Origin: Octopus sinensis
Lineage: Eukaryota
Assembly: GCF_006345805.1 (NCBI RefSeq)
Contig: NC_043005.1
Span: forward strand, 19,840,001 to 19,904,000
Length of the DNA: 64,000 nucleotides
Reading direction: 5' to 3'
The notes beneath the pieces were generated by a model that saw only the letters and a program-made list of their open reading frames with translations, searched no databases and was not told where the DNA came from. This document shows, one piece after another, positions 1 to 13,030 of this stretch (the first letter of the stretch is position 1; the number at the start of each line of letters is the position of its first letter). Made by a program: the position numbers and the translations under genes.

Positions 1-55
<55 letters not shown>

Positions 56-58
56 AGA
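1..58 (+). repeat. (GA)n microsatellite
   Basis: Near-pure GA run at the window start. Confidence 0.95.
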
Positions 59-1429
59 CGCGTAAAAAGCGAATACACACACATCTCAATTTTGTATATT
101 AGATAAGATTGTGGTAATTTTTTGACCAATGGATGTAAGGGAGACATTCAATTTCTGAAAGTTACTTTGCAAAGTTACCTCCCTACTCCACGTAACGCAG
201 GAACAGGTATTTTCTGTCCCCTTTAGGCCTGTTACTCATTATGTGAAACCTTTTAAGAGTCTAAAACCATCTCTAGAACATAAGTAATGTATGTTCCCAG
301 TTTGGAGAAAATCAGTTGAAAAATACGGCCATTATAATCTTTTACACACACACGCACGCACACACACACACAGAGAACAGGGTTTATGTTATATATTATA
401 TTATATATATATTATATTATATATAATATATATTATATATCATATATTATATATATATATATAGTAATGTATGTTCTTATGTAATGATAAATATATTTTT
501 ACATTAAGCTTAAGAATCACTCAATACATTCGTAACATACAAATTTATCCTTTAACAAGAAACAAGTATTGATAAAAACTTCGAAGCTTCGGCCAACTAA
601 AACGTCACACAAACACACACACACACACACATACACACACACACACACACACGCACACATATATATATATATTTATAGCCACAAAATAATGGTGTCTTAT
701 ATGACTACGAATTTATAGGGAACCATCTGTTCCAGTAGATACATGATTTTCGTTTTATTTTATCAACACAGGCAATACAAAGTCGAATCACTGAGTCGAT
801 AAAATATTAAACATATACCAAGAGATCAATTCAATCATCTACATATCTCCTCAAAATCTAGGGCACAGCCTCAATTCGAGAAATCATTATTCTATGATCC
901 AGAAAGCAACTAGAACACTTATTTTCATGTTAAGATTTTTCAGAAAATAAAACTAAAAATACGAAGTATTTCAGTATGTTAAAAATGACCTCCTATATAT
1001 GTTTATGTAAACTTGTACTACATATTTGATGGTCAACAACATCGCTCTAGGGTCGTATCTGATGTGCGGATGGTTAGCACTGATAGGACAAAAGCACAAT
1101 GTCTTTTTGCAAGGGAGAATATACTCAACAAGGAATCAACGGCAATCCATTTACTCTACAAATGGAGTGGAGATCCATTTACGTTTCTAGGACAAGCATT
1201 GCTGACTCTCTAAGTAACCCCCCGTATCCAGTAGTCCCCCTCAAACGAAATGGTTTTGTATTTTCTCTAATCCAAGGAAACGCGAGCAAGAGAAGGTCCT
1301 CGATAAATGCCAGAAGCATCTTAGGTGACTTACATCAATCTTGCCTAAGAGGCATGTAATGACTGTTGATAAGTGATGCTGCTCCTATCACATCGCCGGA
1401 AACAACATCAGGTGCCATTCATTCATTCT

Positions 1430-1630
1430 TTTACTTGTTTCAGTCATTTGAATGCGGCCATGCTAGAGCACCGCCTTTAATCGAACAAATCAACCATACG
1501 TCTTATTCTTTCTAAGCCTAGCACTATCGGTTTCTTTTGCCGAACCGCTAATTTACAGGGTTGTAAACACACCAACATCGTTTTGTCAAGCGATGGTGGG
1601 TGGGGACAAATACTGATACACAAACATATA
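1430..1630 (-). mobile_element. SINE family D, 3' half
   Basis: Reverse complement of the recurrent tail 'gcggttcggcaaaaga..gatag...ggcggtgctc.agcatggccgca.tcaaatgactgaaacaagtaaaaga' also at 21770, 27345, 45870 and 56170. Confidence 0.85.
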
Positions 1631-1634
1631 TATA

Positions 1635-2770
1635 CAGGGGCTGGACAAAATAATGGAAACACCAAGCATCATAGCATCATTATTTTGAAATATCTATAAA
1701 ACCGTAAAAAGCTTGTTTATTTTTATGTTTTATATTTATTATTAGTGTTGCTTAATATGTTTTGCTAAAATTGTTGGGGTTTTTTTCAGATATCATCAGA
1801 AAAAGGTATTTAAAATTCATTGAAATGACAGATCTATTGGGCTTTCAAAGAGGTCAAATTGTTGGTGCTCGTATGGCAGGCGCTAGCGTAACGAAAACAG
1901 CCGAAATGCTTGGTGTATCAAGAAGTACTGTCTCGAAAGTAATGACAGCCTTTGAGAAAGAGGGGAAAATATCCTCGTCGAAACGAAACTCCGGAAGAAA
2001 TCCAAAATTTTCAGAGCTTAATAACCACCTCCAGAAACCAGTTTCCACAAAAGCTGTTCGCCGGGAGCAGCACAAAGCCGGATTCACGGGAGGGCTGCAA
2101 TCAGAAAATCACTACTTTCAAAAACAAACGTTGCAAATCGTTTAGAGTGGAGTAAAAACCTACAGAATTGGTCCCTAGAGCAGTAGAAGAATGTTATTTT
2201 CTCGGGCGAGTTATCTTTTACCTAATGTCCGACCACCGGCCGAGTATACGTGTGGAGACAGATTGCCTTCTTCCAATTGTTAAACATGGAGGAAGATCTG
2301 TAATGATCTGGGGGCTATATCTTGGAAATCCACTGGCCCAATGGTTTCCCTTCATGACAGAATTAATAGACAAGACTATTTAAGCATTTTATCTGATCAA
2401 ATTCATCCTATGTTTGCGGAATTGTTTTCGGAGGGAAACGCAATCTTTTAGGATGATAATGCACCAAGTCACACAGCTAAATTTGTTACTGAATGGCACG
2501 AGGAACATTCTAATGAAGTTGAACATCTTATCTAGCCACCATAGTCCCCAGATCTCAATATCATTGAATATTTATGGGGCATTTTAGAAAAACAAGTAAG
2601 GAGTTGATATCCTCTACCATCATCACTACAAGAACTGGAGACTGTTTTAGCTGAAGAATGGACAAAAATTCCTTTGGAAACTATTCAAACTTTGTACGAG
2701 TCCATACCTCGTAGAATTCAAGCTGCCAAAGGCGGTCCTACCACATATTAAAATATATTTGTTGAAATTT
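1635..2770 (+). mobile_element. Tc1-family DNA transposon, decayed, right TIR missing
   Basis: TA then left TIR CAGGGGCTGGACAAAATAATGGAAACACC. ORF 1762-2145 gives FQRGQIVGARMAGASVTKTAEMLGVSRSTVSKVM (Tc1 HTH region). Downstream broken frames give VKHGGRSVMIWG, DDNAPSH, SPDLNIIEYLWGIL and AKGGPTTY. Confidence 0.93.
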
Positions 2771-2784
2771 TATATATATATATA

Positions 2785-2922
2785 GTTAACCCAAACATGT
2801 AAACACAAAGAGAAAACACAACTCGAGAACGTGGAACAAGTATAGTATTATTGGACGCTCAGGAAAGAAGGAAAGACGGAGGGAAAAAAATCGCCAATGG
2901 TTCACACGCGGTCACATTTTGA
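2785..2922 (-). mobile_element. Internally deleted copy of the HHR-bearing repeat at 30655 and 41945, lacking the HHR
   Basis: Its reverse complement matches both flanks of the 41945-42168 element (gaccgcgtgtg..ccgtctt / ttcctg.gcgtccaataa.actata...gtttgg.ttaact) but lacks the ctgatga...gaaacg block. Confidence 0.75.
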
Positions 2923-2930
2923 AATATATA

Positions 2931-2934
<4 letters not shown>

Positions 2935-2966
<32 letters not shown>

Positions 2967-2996
2967 TGTATGTATGTATGTATGTATGTATGTATG
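2935..2996 (+). repeat. (TATG)n microsatellite
   Basis: Direct reading. Confidence 0.95.
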
Positions 2997-3150
2997 TGAC
3001 GAGCTTCGTTCAGTTTCCGTCTACCAAATCCACTCACAAGGCTTTGGTCGGCCCGAAGCTATGGTAGAGGACACTTGCCCAAGTTGCCACGCATTGGAAC
3101 TGAACCCGAAACCATGTGGTTGGGAAACAAGCCTCTTACCACACAGCTAT
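2997..3150 (-). mobile_element. SINE family D, 5' half (tRNA-like head)
   Basis: Reverse complement of 'gtggtaag..gcttg.ttcccaaccacatggtt.cgggttcagt.cca.tgcgtggca.cttgggcaagtgtc.tcta.catagc..cgggccgaccaaagccttgtgagtggatttggtagacggaaactga'. Confidence 0.85.
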
Positions 3151-4274
3151 ACCATTGGTGAGAGAACAAAAAATATCAACTGTTTCAAACTCTACCGATA
3201 TGCGTCAATACCTCCAGGGAATCATATTTGTTCAATGTATAGGACTGCGAAAAGTTAAGAAGACTGCTTTGTAATCAGGTTCCGAATTTGAACCCACTTG
3301 TTGTCATCATGAGCAAATCGTAAATTTCTAAATCCTAGGGTCGGCCCAAGGCTTGTGAGATCAAGTCGACAGAACTTGTTTAGAAGCCCACTAGATAAGC
3401 GGACCGGTAATTCAAAAAGCCAGGTTAACCACAGACTATGACATGCCGATTTTCTGTGATAACTACTTCAAGGCCACACATGTCTGTTGAATACTCAACC
3501 ACTCAGGTGGTAATTCAACGAATAGGTCCTGCTATCGGTCAAACAACTCGAGCAATCATCTTTGAAAGCGACAGAGGATCCATTTAATCGTTCAACGTTG
3601 TCCTTATATCTATAAAACGGTGATGCGCAATTCCAGCGGCATTTGGTCGCTGTTTCTAGTCGGTGGAACCAAGTGTAAAGGACCTCTTGCAATCTCGTTA
3701 GCAAGTATCTTCTTCTGGCACTCGTCGACTTCGAAATGTGGTGGGATGTGAATATGTAAAGAATGTAAAGAGCTGAAGCTAAATAGGGCAAGGTATTTTT
3801 TGTCTGACGATCAAACCAATGCTGAACACCCGGTTTATATTACATTTGTGTTGTCATCGTTTCTTGTTGTTTAGTAGTTTAACAACGATAGACATTCATT
3901 TGTAGTTAACGAATAAGAAAGAAAAAAAAAGGAGTTCAACAAAAACTCACATTTCTGTTTGATTGACGAAACATGAAGCAACGTAAAAAATAAAAATAAA
4001 ACGAATTGCTAAATAAAATAACAGAGACAGATAAGATAGACAAATGAAAAAAAATAGATAAAGAATTAAAGTATAAATAAAGTAATAAAACTGTATCGAA
4101 CTGTTGAGCTGATGTGTAGGAAAGTTGTTAGTAGAGTAAGTGAAACGTTGGTGTGTTTGAACTGTATTTAACCTTTGGCTTATAAGTTCAGGGCAGGCTT
4201 TCAGCAAGACAGATCGATAAACAAGAACACCTAACTAACGGATGCTGCAGCACTTCAGTAGCTGCTTTTTCTAA

Positions 4275-4299
4275 TGATGACGATGATGATGATGATGAC

Positions 4300-4336
<37 letters not shown>

Positions 4337-4850
4337 TGATTAAAATGATAATGATAATGATAACGATGACGACGACGACCACGATGACGACGATGATAGC
4401 GGCTGCGGTCGTGGCGGCAGCGGCGCTGGTGGCGATATTGACGATGGGATTGATGGCAGTGGTGTTGGTGGTGGTGGTGTTGGTGGTGGTGGTCGTCGTC
4501 GTCGTAACAGTAGTGGTTTTGATGGTGATGGTAGTAGTAGTGAGTGGGGTGATGGTGATACTTGTGGTGATGGAGGTGGTAGTGATGTTGAATGCTGATG
4601 GTGACCATCATCATCATCATCATCATCATCATCATAACATATTTTAATGAAGCTTATAGAATCGTGACGTTAGTGGAGATGGGTGGTGGGGGAGACGATG
4701 GTGGTGGTGTTTGTGGTACAGGAGCTGGTGATGTTGATGGTGGTGGCGGTCATGGTGGTGGTGGTGGTCATGGTGGTGGCAGCGGCGACGGTAGTGGTGT
4801 TGTTGGTATACAGTTGGTGACAATGGTGATGATGATGATGATGATGACGT
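4275..4850 (+). repeat. Compound trinucleotide microsatellite (GAT/GAC/GGT/CAT)
   Basis: Successive GAT, GAC, GGT, CAT and GGT/GAT runs. These explain the poly-His/Val/Gly ORFs. Confidence 0.9.
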
Positions 4851-5324
4851 TATCGCTAAGATTTTAATAACAGATCGACTGTCAGTGCTTTATTTTCGCC
4901 ACTTAACCCAGGCCCCTCCCCGCCCTCCCGCCGCGGTCATCCCTGTCGAACATCGATGCTGGCCGGAAGTGAAGAAATTGGAACAACTTACAGTCTGACA
5001 AAATGTAAAGGAGGTTATATGCATGTGTGTGTGTGTGTGCGTGTGTGTGTATGTTAGTGCATGTACCCGCATGTGTGTGTATGTTAGTGCATGTACCCGC
5101 ATGTGTGTGACAACAACTGTTAATTAGTAGATGCATAATTAGTACATATGCACACTCACACATGATTAAACACACTCATGATTAAGCACAGACACACACA
5201 CACAAAACAAATACATAAATTTGTTATAGAACTATAATTCTGTTCACATGGGTGTACATATATGTATGCGCATATTTGTCTGTGTGTGTACTATTTGTAT
5301 GTACTCTTACGAGTATCTATAATA

Positions 5325-5700
5325 GGCGCAGGTGTGACTGTGTAAGAAATTTGCTTTCCAACAACATGGTTCCGGGTTCATCCAACGGTGTGGTACCTTG
5401 GGCAAGTGTCTTCCCCTATAGCCTCTGACCGACTTATGCCTTATGAATAGATTTGGTAGACAGAATCTAAAAGAAGCCCGTCAGAAATATGTAAATATAT
5501 TTATGCGTGTGTAACTTTGTGTCTGTGTTTGAACCCTACTGCAGCTTGACAACTGGTATTGGTATGTTCCCGTAACTTAGGGGTACGACAAAAGATATCG
5601 ATAAAATAAGTACCAAGTTTTTTTTTAATTAAGTAGTGGGTCGATTCCTTCGAATAAGAATTCTTCTAGGCGGTGTCCCTGCGTAGCAGCAGTCTAATGT
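5325..5700 (+). mobile_element. SINE family D, near full length, diverged
   Basis: Head 'ggcgcaggtgtgactgtgtaag...catggttccgggttca', CORE-like 'ccttgggcaagtgtctt', internal microsatellite, then the 3' module ending 'gcagcagtctaatg'. Confidence 0.8.
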
Positions 5701-6371
5701 AATGTGTATGTCTATTCAAATATGTATTAGAAGCAGCGCTAGTATTACAAACATTATCAAACGCAATAATTGTTTCTGTGCATTGGTAACAGCTGCTAGT
5801 AGTAGTTGTGTACCTGCACGTCGTCAGGGGAGTGGCTTTGAGAGGACTGCTGAATCACGTTCAGTTTCCCATTTTATACCCATATTCTATTTCTAGCATT
5901 CCCTCTGTAGAGAGTAATATACAGATTCAAGCAGACATAGGTTATAAAAGCACCAAATAAATTAATGGCAGTAAAAATCAAAACTATTAATGATAAAAAA
6001 AAAGAACAAAATTAGTTAACAGAATAAAAATCAAATTTCTTTACAAAAAGTACTTATTTATAAATATGTTTATGACTTCTGTCGATTTGAATGTATAAGT
6101 TACTGTTTATAATGGAAATGCTAAGAGTAGAATATGGGTTTAAAACAGGAAACTGAATGTGACCCAGAAGTACTCTCAAAGTCACTCACCTGACGACGTG
6201 CGGGTACACAGATACTCTGGATCATATTTGCATATTTGTTTATATAATATTTATATAATAGTGTGATATAGAAAACTAAGCAATGAGCAGCTGTTATCAA
6301 TGTAGTGAAACAATCGTTGAGATTTGTGATTAAAGTCTGTTCATTCCATCATCTTGTTTTATAAATTTGTA

Positions 6372-6690
<319 letters not shown>

Positions 6691-7103
6691 CTCTGGTTAT
6701 TCTTCCTCCTTTCAAATATCATGGCAGCATTCTAAACAGTGATGCACATCGTGGACGAAACTGCAAATAGAATTCAGAAGATATCTTGTGGAAAATAACC
6801 ATCTTCTCTTGGGACTTAACGATATCTATATGTACAAGATGACACTGAAATATCCATTTTCTAAACATTCATTATCTCTGTTTTATTGTTTTGCTACGAA
6901 AGATGACAGTTACTATTCAAATAATGTGAATTATTTGATGCCTTTTCAACAAAACTATCTTCGATAAACTTTGCTTGTACTTTCAGTAAACCATTCATTT
7001 ATTCTTTTAACTCTCTCAGTTCCTAGTCTGCGGCCATGCTGGGTCACCGTTTTTGTTAAATCACCAGATTACGGGTACATAACAAACCGATATTGGTGTA
7101 AGG

Positions 7104-7329
7104 CGAGCTGGCAGAAACGTTAGCACACCGGGCGAAATGCTTAGCGGTATTGCGTCTGTCGTTGCGTTCTGAGTTCAAATTCCGCCGAGGTCGACATTGC
7201 CTTTCATCCTTTCGGTGTCGATAAATTAAGTACCAGTTACGCACTGGGGTCGATGTAATCGACTTAATCCGTTTGTCTGTCCTTGTTTGTCCCCTCTATG
7301 TTTAGCCCCTTGTGGGCAATAAAGAAACA
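7104..7329 (+). mobile_element. SINE family A with 15-bp TSD
   Basis: Head 'gagctggcagaaacgttagc...gttctgagttcaaattcc' and central 'gcctttcatcctttcgg.gtcgataaattaagtaccag'. TSD gatattggtgtaagg at 7089-7103 and 7330-7344. Confidence 0.92.
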
Positions 7330-7479
7330 GATATTGGTGTAAGGAGGAGGAGACAAACACAAAAGTACATACATACATGCATACGTATTAGTGTGTATGT
7401 GTATGTACATATATATATATGTATGCATGCATATATGTGTGTGTATGTATGTACGTTGTTATACACCGCTGATCCCAAT

Positions 7480-7672
7480 GCGCTTCTCACGTTGCTGTAC
7501 CCTTCGAATGATTCACACCAGCGGCTGGGTGGGTCCGTTACAGGGTTTCTCATTTACAGCTGGGTGGACTGGAGCAACTTAAAATGAAGTGTTTTGCTCA
7601 ACGCGACATAGCGCCCGTCTGGGGATCGAAATCACGATCTTGTGATCGCGATTCCAAAACCACAACCACAAC
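7480..7672 (-). mobile_element. SINE family C (CORE-like), diverged
   Basis: Its reverse complement contains 'ttgagcaaaacacttcattttaagttgctccagtccacccagctgtaaatgag', a module shared with 14635, 26338 and 27845. Confidence 0.75.
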
Positions 7673-8286
7673 ATACGTACATCCATCCATCCATACATAC
7701 ATACATACATACATACCTTTATATGTATGTATGTATGTATGTATGTAGGTATGTATGTATGTATGTATGTATATAGTTATATGTTTTGTTTCCTTTTATT
7801 TTGTTTTTATTTGTTTTTTCCATTTGATATTTTATCAAGAGGTTGCTAAAAAAATAGTATTCTCGTCTGGTAGAAAGAAAAAGTGTGAAAACCGAGTTGG
7901 TTTTAACAGATATTTTTACGATATTTACCTGATTAAATGCATCAACCGGTATTGTTGGGTTTTAGTAATTATTACAGTGTGTTATTTATAATATATTTAA
8001 CATTCAAGAATGAAGTTTGTAGTCATGTGCAGAAACAATTGCTAGTGATATGGATAAAAGCATCTTCAATTCCCCTTTCTTAATATTTCTATATATATAT
8101 TCGTGCGAGCACACTCACATATGTACATACATACATTCATATATATATATATATAAACAATTGCAGCGTGGAAGGTGTTTATAAGACATTTAAGAAACAC
8201 CTTCCACGCCGCAATTGTTTTCGTTTCAGCACACGATCTCAGATCAAATTACTTGCTATGCGAGTACATCTCCTATATATATATTA

Positions 8287-9016
8287 ACTACTTGGAAATG
8301 GATGCATCGTGTTCAATTAAATAATAAATAAAATAATATATATACATGCATGTATGGGTACAGGACGTCACCAACGGGGCAAATAACATGAAATACGTAA
8401 ACAAGCGAGGGAAAATGAGTCAAATGCATAAACAACGATAAAAAATGGAAAACAAGACAAGTTAACACAGAGAAAGGCTTCTTCATCAGTTGTCGGCTGT
8501 CTATCTACTCCACATTTTGAGCATTCAACGACATTGAGTCTTCAAAGACAGTTGCTCCCATAAATTCAAAAATAGAATTTAGGATTTATGGAGGGTCGAA
8601 GTTGGGAACAAAAAAATGACAGTGGAGACATACAAGGAAACCGAACGGAAACAAACATAGAGGGTCGTTAGACCAGAACGAGAGGAAAATAGTGAACATT
8701 GGGAGAAATATTTTTTTTGAAAAGAGAAAAGTTAGAAGAGACAGAGAAAAACACGTCCGTTCGTTTAAACATCCGTACAGGAAAAGAAAGATGGATACGT
8801 GTGAATAACGAGAGAGAGAGAGAAAGAGAAATATAATGAGGAGGAGAGAGAGAGACAGGTAGAAAACGGTGAAGGGAGGGGAGAAAAAGGGAATTAGAGA
8901 AAGATGGATGAAGAAAACTGTATTGAATAGAGAGTCGTATCAAAAAGACGAAGATAAACTTACTTGGAAATGGACGCATCTCGTTCACTTAAACAATAAA
9001 TGATAAAAAATATATA

Positions 9017-9078
<62 letters not shown>

Positions 9079-9381
9079 CATACATGCATATATGGGTACA
9101 GGATGTCACCAACGGTTCAAACGACATAAAATACGTAAACAACGAAAAAAATGGAAAATAGGACAAGTTAACAGACAGGAAGAACCCTTCATCTGTTGTC
9201 GTCTGTCTATCTACTCCTCATTTCGAGCATTGTTGTTGAATGCTCTGAATGAGGAGTAGATAGACAGCCGACACCTGATGAAGGATCCTTTCTCTGTGTT
9301 AATTTCCTTTTGTTTTCTTGATGTTTACGTATTTCATGTTATTTGCACCGTTGGTGACATCCTGTACCAATATATGCATTT

Positions 9382-9441
<60 letters not shown>

Positions 9442-9744
9442 CATACATGCATATATGGGTACAGGATGTCACCAACGGTTCAAACGACATAAAATACGTA
9501 AACAACGAAAAAAATGGAAAATAGGACAAGTTAACAGACAGGAAGAACCCTTCATCTGTTGTCGTCTGTCTATCTACTCCTCATTTCGAGCATTGTTGTT
9601 GAATGCTCTGAATGAGGAGTAGATAGACAGCCGACACCTGATGAAGGATCCTTTCTCTGTGTTAATTTCCTTTTGTTTTCTTGATGTTTACGTATTTCAT
9701 GTTATTTGCACCGTTGGTGACATCCTGTACCAATATATGCATTT

Positions 9745-9800
<56 letters not shown>
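8287..9800. repeat. Repeat cluster: direct repeat (8287/8958) plus a tandemly duplicated ~363-bp fold-back unit
   Basis: 'aact.acttggaaatgga.gcatc..gttca.ttaaa.aataa' occurs at 8287 and 8958. Hairpin centre gagcattgttgttgaatgctc occurs at ~9225 and ~9587. ORFs at 9318 and 9681 start identically. Confidence 0.9.
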
Positions 9801-9805
<5 letters not shown>

Positions 9806-9808
<3 letters not shown>

Positions 9809-9955
9809 CGAGCTTCCACACAGTGTCCATCTAACAAATTCACTCCTAAGCCATTGGTCGAATCGGGACTACTGTAGAAAACACTTGTCGAAGTAAGACT
9901 GAACCAGAAACCTCGTGGTTGCGAAGCGAACTCCTTCACTACTCGGCGATGCCTG
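9806..9955 (-). mobile_element. SINE family D, 5' half, diverged
   Basis: Same module as 2997-3150. Confidence 0.75.
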
Positions 9956-10280
9956 TTGTTTGAATGATGTTGATGCCATAGAATTAGTAGATGTCATAAG
10001 CATAGAAGTTCCATTCTAGCAGACTGAGGTGGGAAGGCCATATAGTTGTACAGTAAATAGAAGAATTCGAATTCTTCAGAGAATTATCTTCCAGGTAATG
10101 ATAATCTTACAAAACGAAGTTATGGGACAGTGTCTGACTTGAAACTGATCTGAAATAAAGTAATATTCATGCGGCAGATGGAGCTTCATGGAGGATAGCT
10201 TAGGGAATGTATATATGCATTGTGAAGAGAATCGCAAGAAGAACGCAAGAGCATGACGCCAAAAAGGTAACTTTATATAT

Positions 10281-10498
10281 ATTGGTTTCAAATTTAGACT
10301 CAAGGCCAGCAATTTGGGGTAAGTGGTAAATCGATTACATCGATCCTAGCGTTCAATTGGTACTTATTTTATCGACCGTAAAATGATGAAAGGCAAAGTC
10401 AATCTTGGCGGTAATTTGAACTCAGAAAGTAAAGACGGACGAAATGCTGCCATGCATTTTGTCCAACGTGTTAACGTTTCTGCCAGTTCGCCGTCTTA
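10281..10498 (-). mobile_element. SINE family A
   Basis: Reverse complement of the family A head and central domain ('gaaaggcaaagtcaa...aatttgaactcagaa...aacgtttctgccagttcgcc'). Confidence 0.85.
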
Positions 10499-10529
10499 AA
10501 CTCCATTTATATTAATAAACCCTTTAACT

Positions 10530-11085
10530 GGTGAGTCACAAGACAGGAATTTCAAAATCAAGAGTCCATCGCATTTCCAAGCAGAGTCAATGAAAAAGAT
10601 ATATTCCAAAAATAGTCCACGCTCTTAATGAAGATGATGTGAACCAAAGAGTGGAGTTTTGTGTGTGGTACATGAAAAGAAGTGTAGAAGAGGCATAGTT
10701 TCCCACAAGTATTGTTTTGAGTTGTGAGGCCACATTTAAATTAAATGGCCCGATTTACTGCCATAATTGCATCTACTGGAGACCTGAGAATCTGCATATC
10801 ACGAAGGAATATCGTGTTAATTTACCAGAGGTTATAATACGTGCAACTTATCAAAAGAATTGATTCGACCATTCCTTTTGACGGTACTGTGACATTTATT
10901 TGAACTTGTTGCGACACTCTATCATGCCAAGTTTTCAAGTGGACTGTGAAGGTGTGAAGTTTTATTTCCAGCATGCCAACTTTACTGTAGTCATGTAAAG
11001 ACCTACGTTGATGAGACTTTACCAAAAATATGGATTGGATGAAGACAAGTTCGTATCTCTTTGGCCTCAATTTTATCCTTCCGAC
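10530..11085 (+). mobile_element. Tc1/mariner-type transposase remnant (DD37D/maT-like)
   Basis: Manual translation across frameshifts: PKIVHALNEDDVNQRVEFCVW..IVLSCEATFKLNG.IYCHNCIYW.PEN..., LIRPF, YLNLLRHSIMP, FYFQH, IWIG, WP. Confidence 0.75.
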
Positions 11086-12400
11086 GGATCTCATTATGTA
11101 GTGTCTTGGCTACAACATCATTCATCGGTAAATAATTACGCGATGACATTTTTGGATAACTGCTTATGATGTGTGACACGTCTTCGATGATAACTTCACA
11201 AAGTCTGCATCGGTTATTACATTTTGGTGTATTTTCCTGCATCGCTGTCCCTGTTGATCAGGCATTTGATTAGTATTTCCTGTTACTGGATGGCAGACGC
11301 ATACTCTTCAAAGTGAGAGTTAGTAATCCATGATAGACTATTTGATTAGCAAAATTGCTGTCATCCCGGAGCTTTCTGTATTCATGCATCCATTCACGCT
11401 CCTCTGCTGATCTACACTCATCCTTTCATCTGATAATACGTTGCGGAAGAAAGGAAGCGAGCTGGCAGAAACGTTAGCAGGCCGGGCGAAATGAGTTCAA
11501 ATTCTGCCGAAATTGACTTTGCCTTTCATCCTTTCGGGGTCGATTAAATAAGTACTAGTTACGCACTGGGGTCGATGTAATCGACTTAATCCGTTTGTCT
11601 GTCCTTGTTTGTCCCCTCTGTGTTTAGCCCTTTGTGGGTAGTAAAGAAATAGGTTTTTCATCTGTCTTTACGTTCAAATTCCGCCGAGATTGACTTTGCC
11701 TTTCACCATTTCAGGGTCGATTAATTAAGTATCAGTTGTGTACTGGAGTTGATCTAATCGACTGCCCCCACCACTCCCTAAAAACTTCGGGCTTTGTGCC
11801 TAGCATAGAAAAGAATACGTTGCGGTAGAGTTGTTCAACTTCTTTGGACATGCACTCAAGGTTATCAAAGATTGTTGCTCAAGTATCTGCTTTTCAAGTC
11901 TCATGATGTTATCTGCCTCGTGTATGCAAACTTGCTCTAAGAATGCTCTTCGACACCTGGTGGTTAAAAGATGTTGCCAAAAGGATATGATATGATTATC
12001 CAAAGTCAGTATGAATCGATGTTAAGCCTCTGCCCTTGCTTTCGTTTTAGCGAGAGGCTGCCTCCGTCGTTGTTATTTGTGCCGGTCAGTATCTTCCAGG
12101 TTTTCACATCAATGGCTCGGATCTCATCAAGCGTCCAATCAAGTATCCCAAATTTTGGTATGAGAGCTGGTACTGCAAACACAATGTGGGTCACTGTTTT
12201 ATTGAATGCAGCGAGTTCCGAGGCCCATGTTTTCCTTATCCGGCTGTAATATTCTCTAGTGACACGTGCCTTGTGGAAGGTACCACCGTTACGTAAGTTT
12301 TCATCTACCCATAGATACCTCTAACATTCCTCATTAGATATAGGAGAAACAGTTAAGTCATTGATGGAGATGCTGCTAGTCTGATTTACAGTTTTCTCTC
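11085..12400 (-). mobile_element. R4/Dong-like RLE non-LTR retrotransposon fragment, interrupted by a SINE
   Basis: ORF 12006-12194 FAVPALIPKFGILDWTLDEIRAIDVKTWKILT (post-RT region). ORF 11003-11242 NRCRLCEVIIEDVSHIISSYPKM...YLPM (CCHC knuckle). Confidence 0.82.
11447..11813 (+). mobile_element. SINE family A with duplicated central domain and 12-bp TSD
   Basis: One head and two copies of 'ctttgcctttca.c.tttc.gggtcgattaa.taagta'. TSD aatacgttgcgg at 11435-11446 and 11814-11825. Confidence 0.9.
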
Positions 12401-12974
12401 TTTTCACATATAGAAAAACTTATCTTGACAAAACTCCAACCCTACATCCTTTGAGAATGTAGGTATGTATGTATCAATGTATGTATGTATGTATGTATGT
12501 ATGTATGTATGTATGTATGTATGTATGTATGTATGTATGTATGTACTCCTATAAATACATTCACATGCACACACACACGTACACATATAGATAGAAATAC
12601 ACATATACATATATCTTTGTATGTCTATGTGCATATACGTTCGTGTGTGTATGTTTATATGTGTTTTTGTGCATAAATGTTTGCTTTAATGTAAAGTTTT
12701 ATATAAAAACAATCAAGCATTAAACTGAAGAATCAATACATTCTCAGTAAAGCGCTATATTTATTTACTTTTACAAAGAAACGGTTGACCTTTTCGTAGT
12801 ATGTAATTTTATATATATAGTCGAAACCTATGAATCGTTTTATATGCAAGATATAAAAATCTGAGCTTATGAAATTTGCTTTTAAAAAAAAACATAATCA
12901 AGTCATATTCTAACTCCTGCTGACATATATAGCCTAACTTCTGCTTATATATATATATATATATAATATATATA

Positions 12975-13030
<56 letters not shown>

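Noticed and set aside
1013-1359. Non-repetitive-looking ORFs
   Set aside because: No recognisable domain in any frame. Possibly an old element that needs a database search.
4188-4867. Poly-His/Val/Gly/Ser ORFs
   Set aside because: They come from trinucleotide microsatellites, with no domain or splice support.
8465-8560. CTGATGA (minus strand ~8490, plus strand ~9275 and ~9638) as hammerhead cores
   Set aside because: No correctly placed GAAA or helix III could be folded on the same strand.
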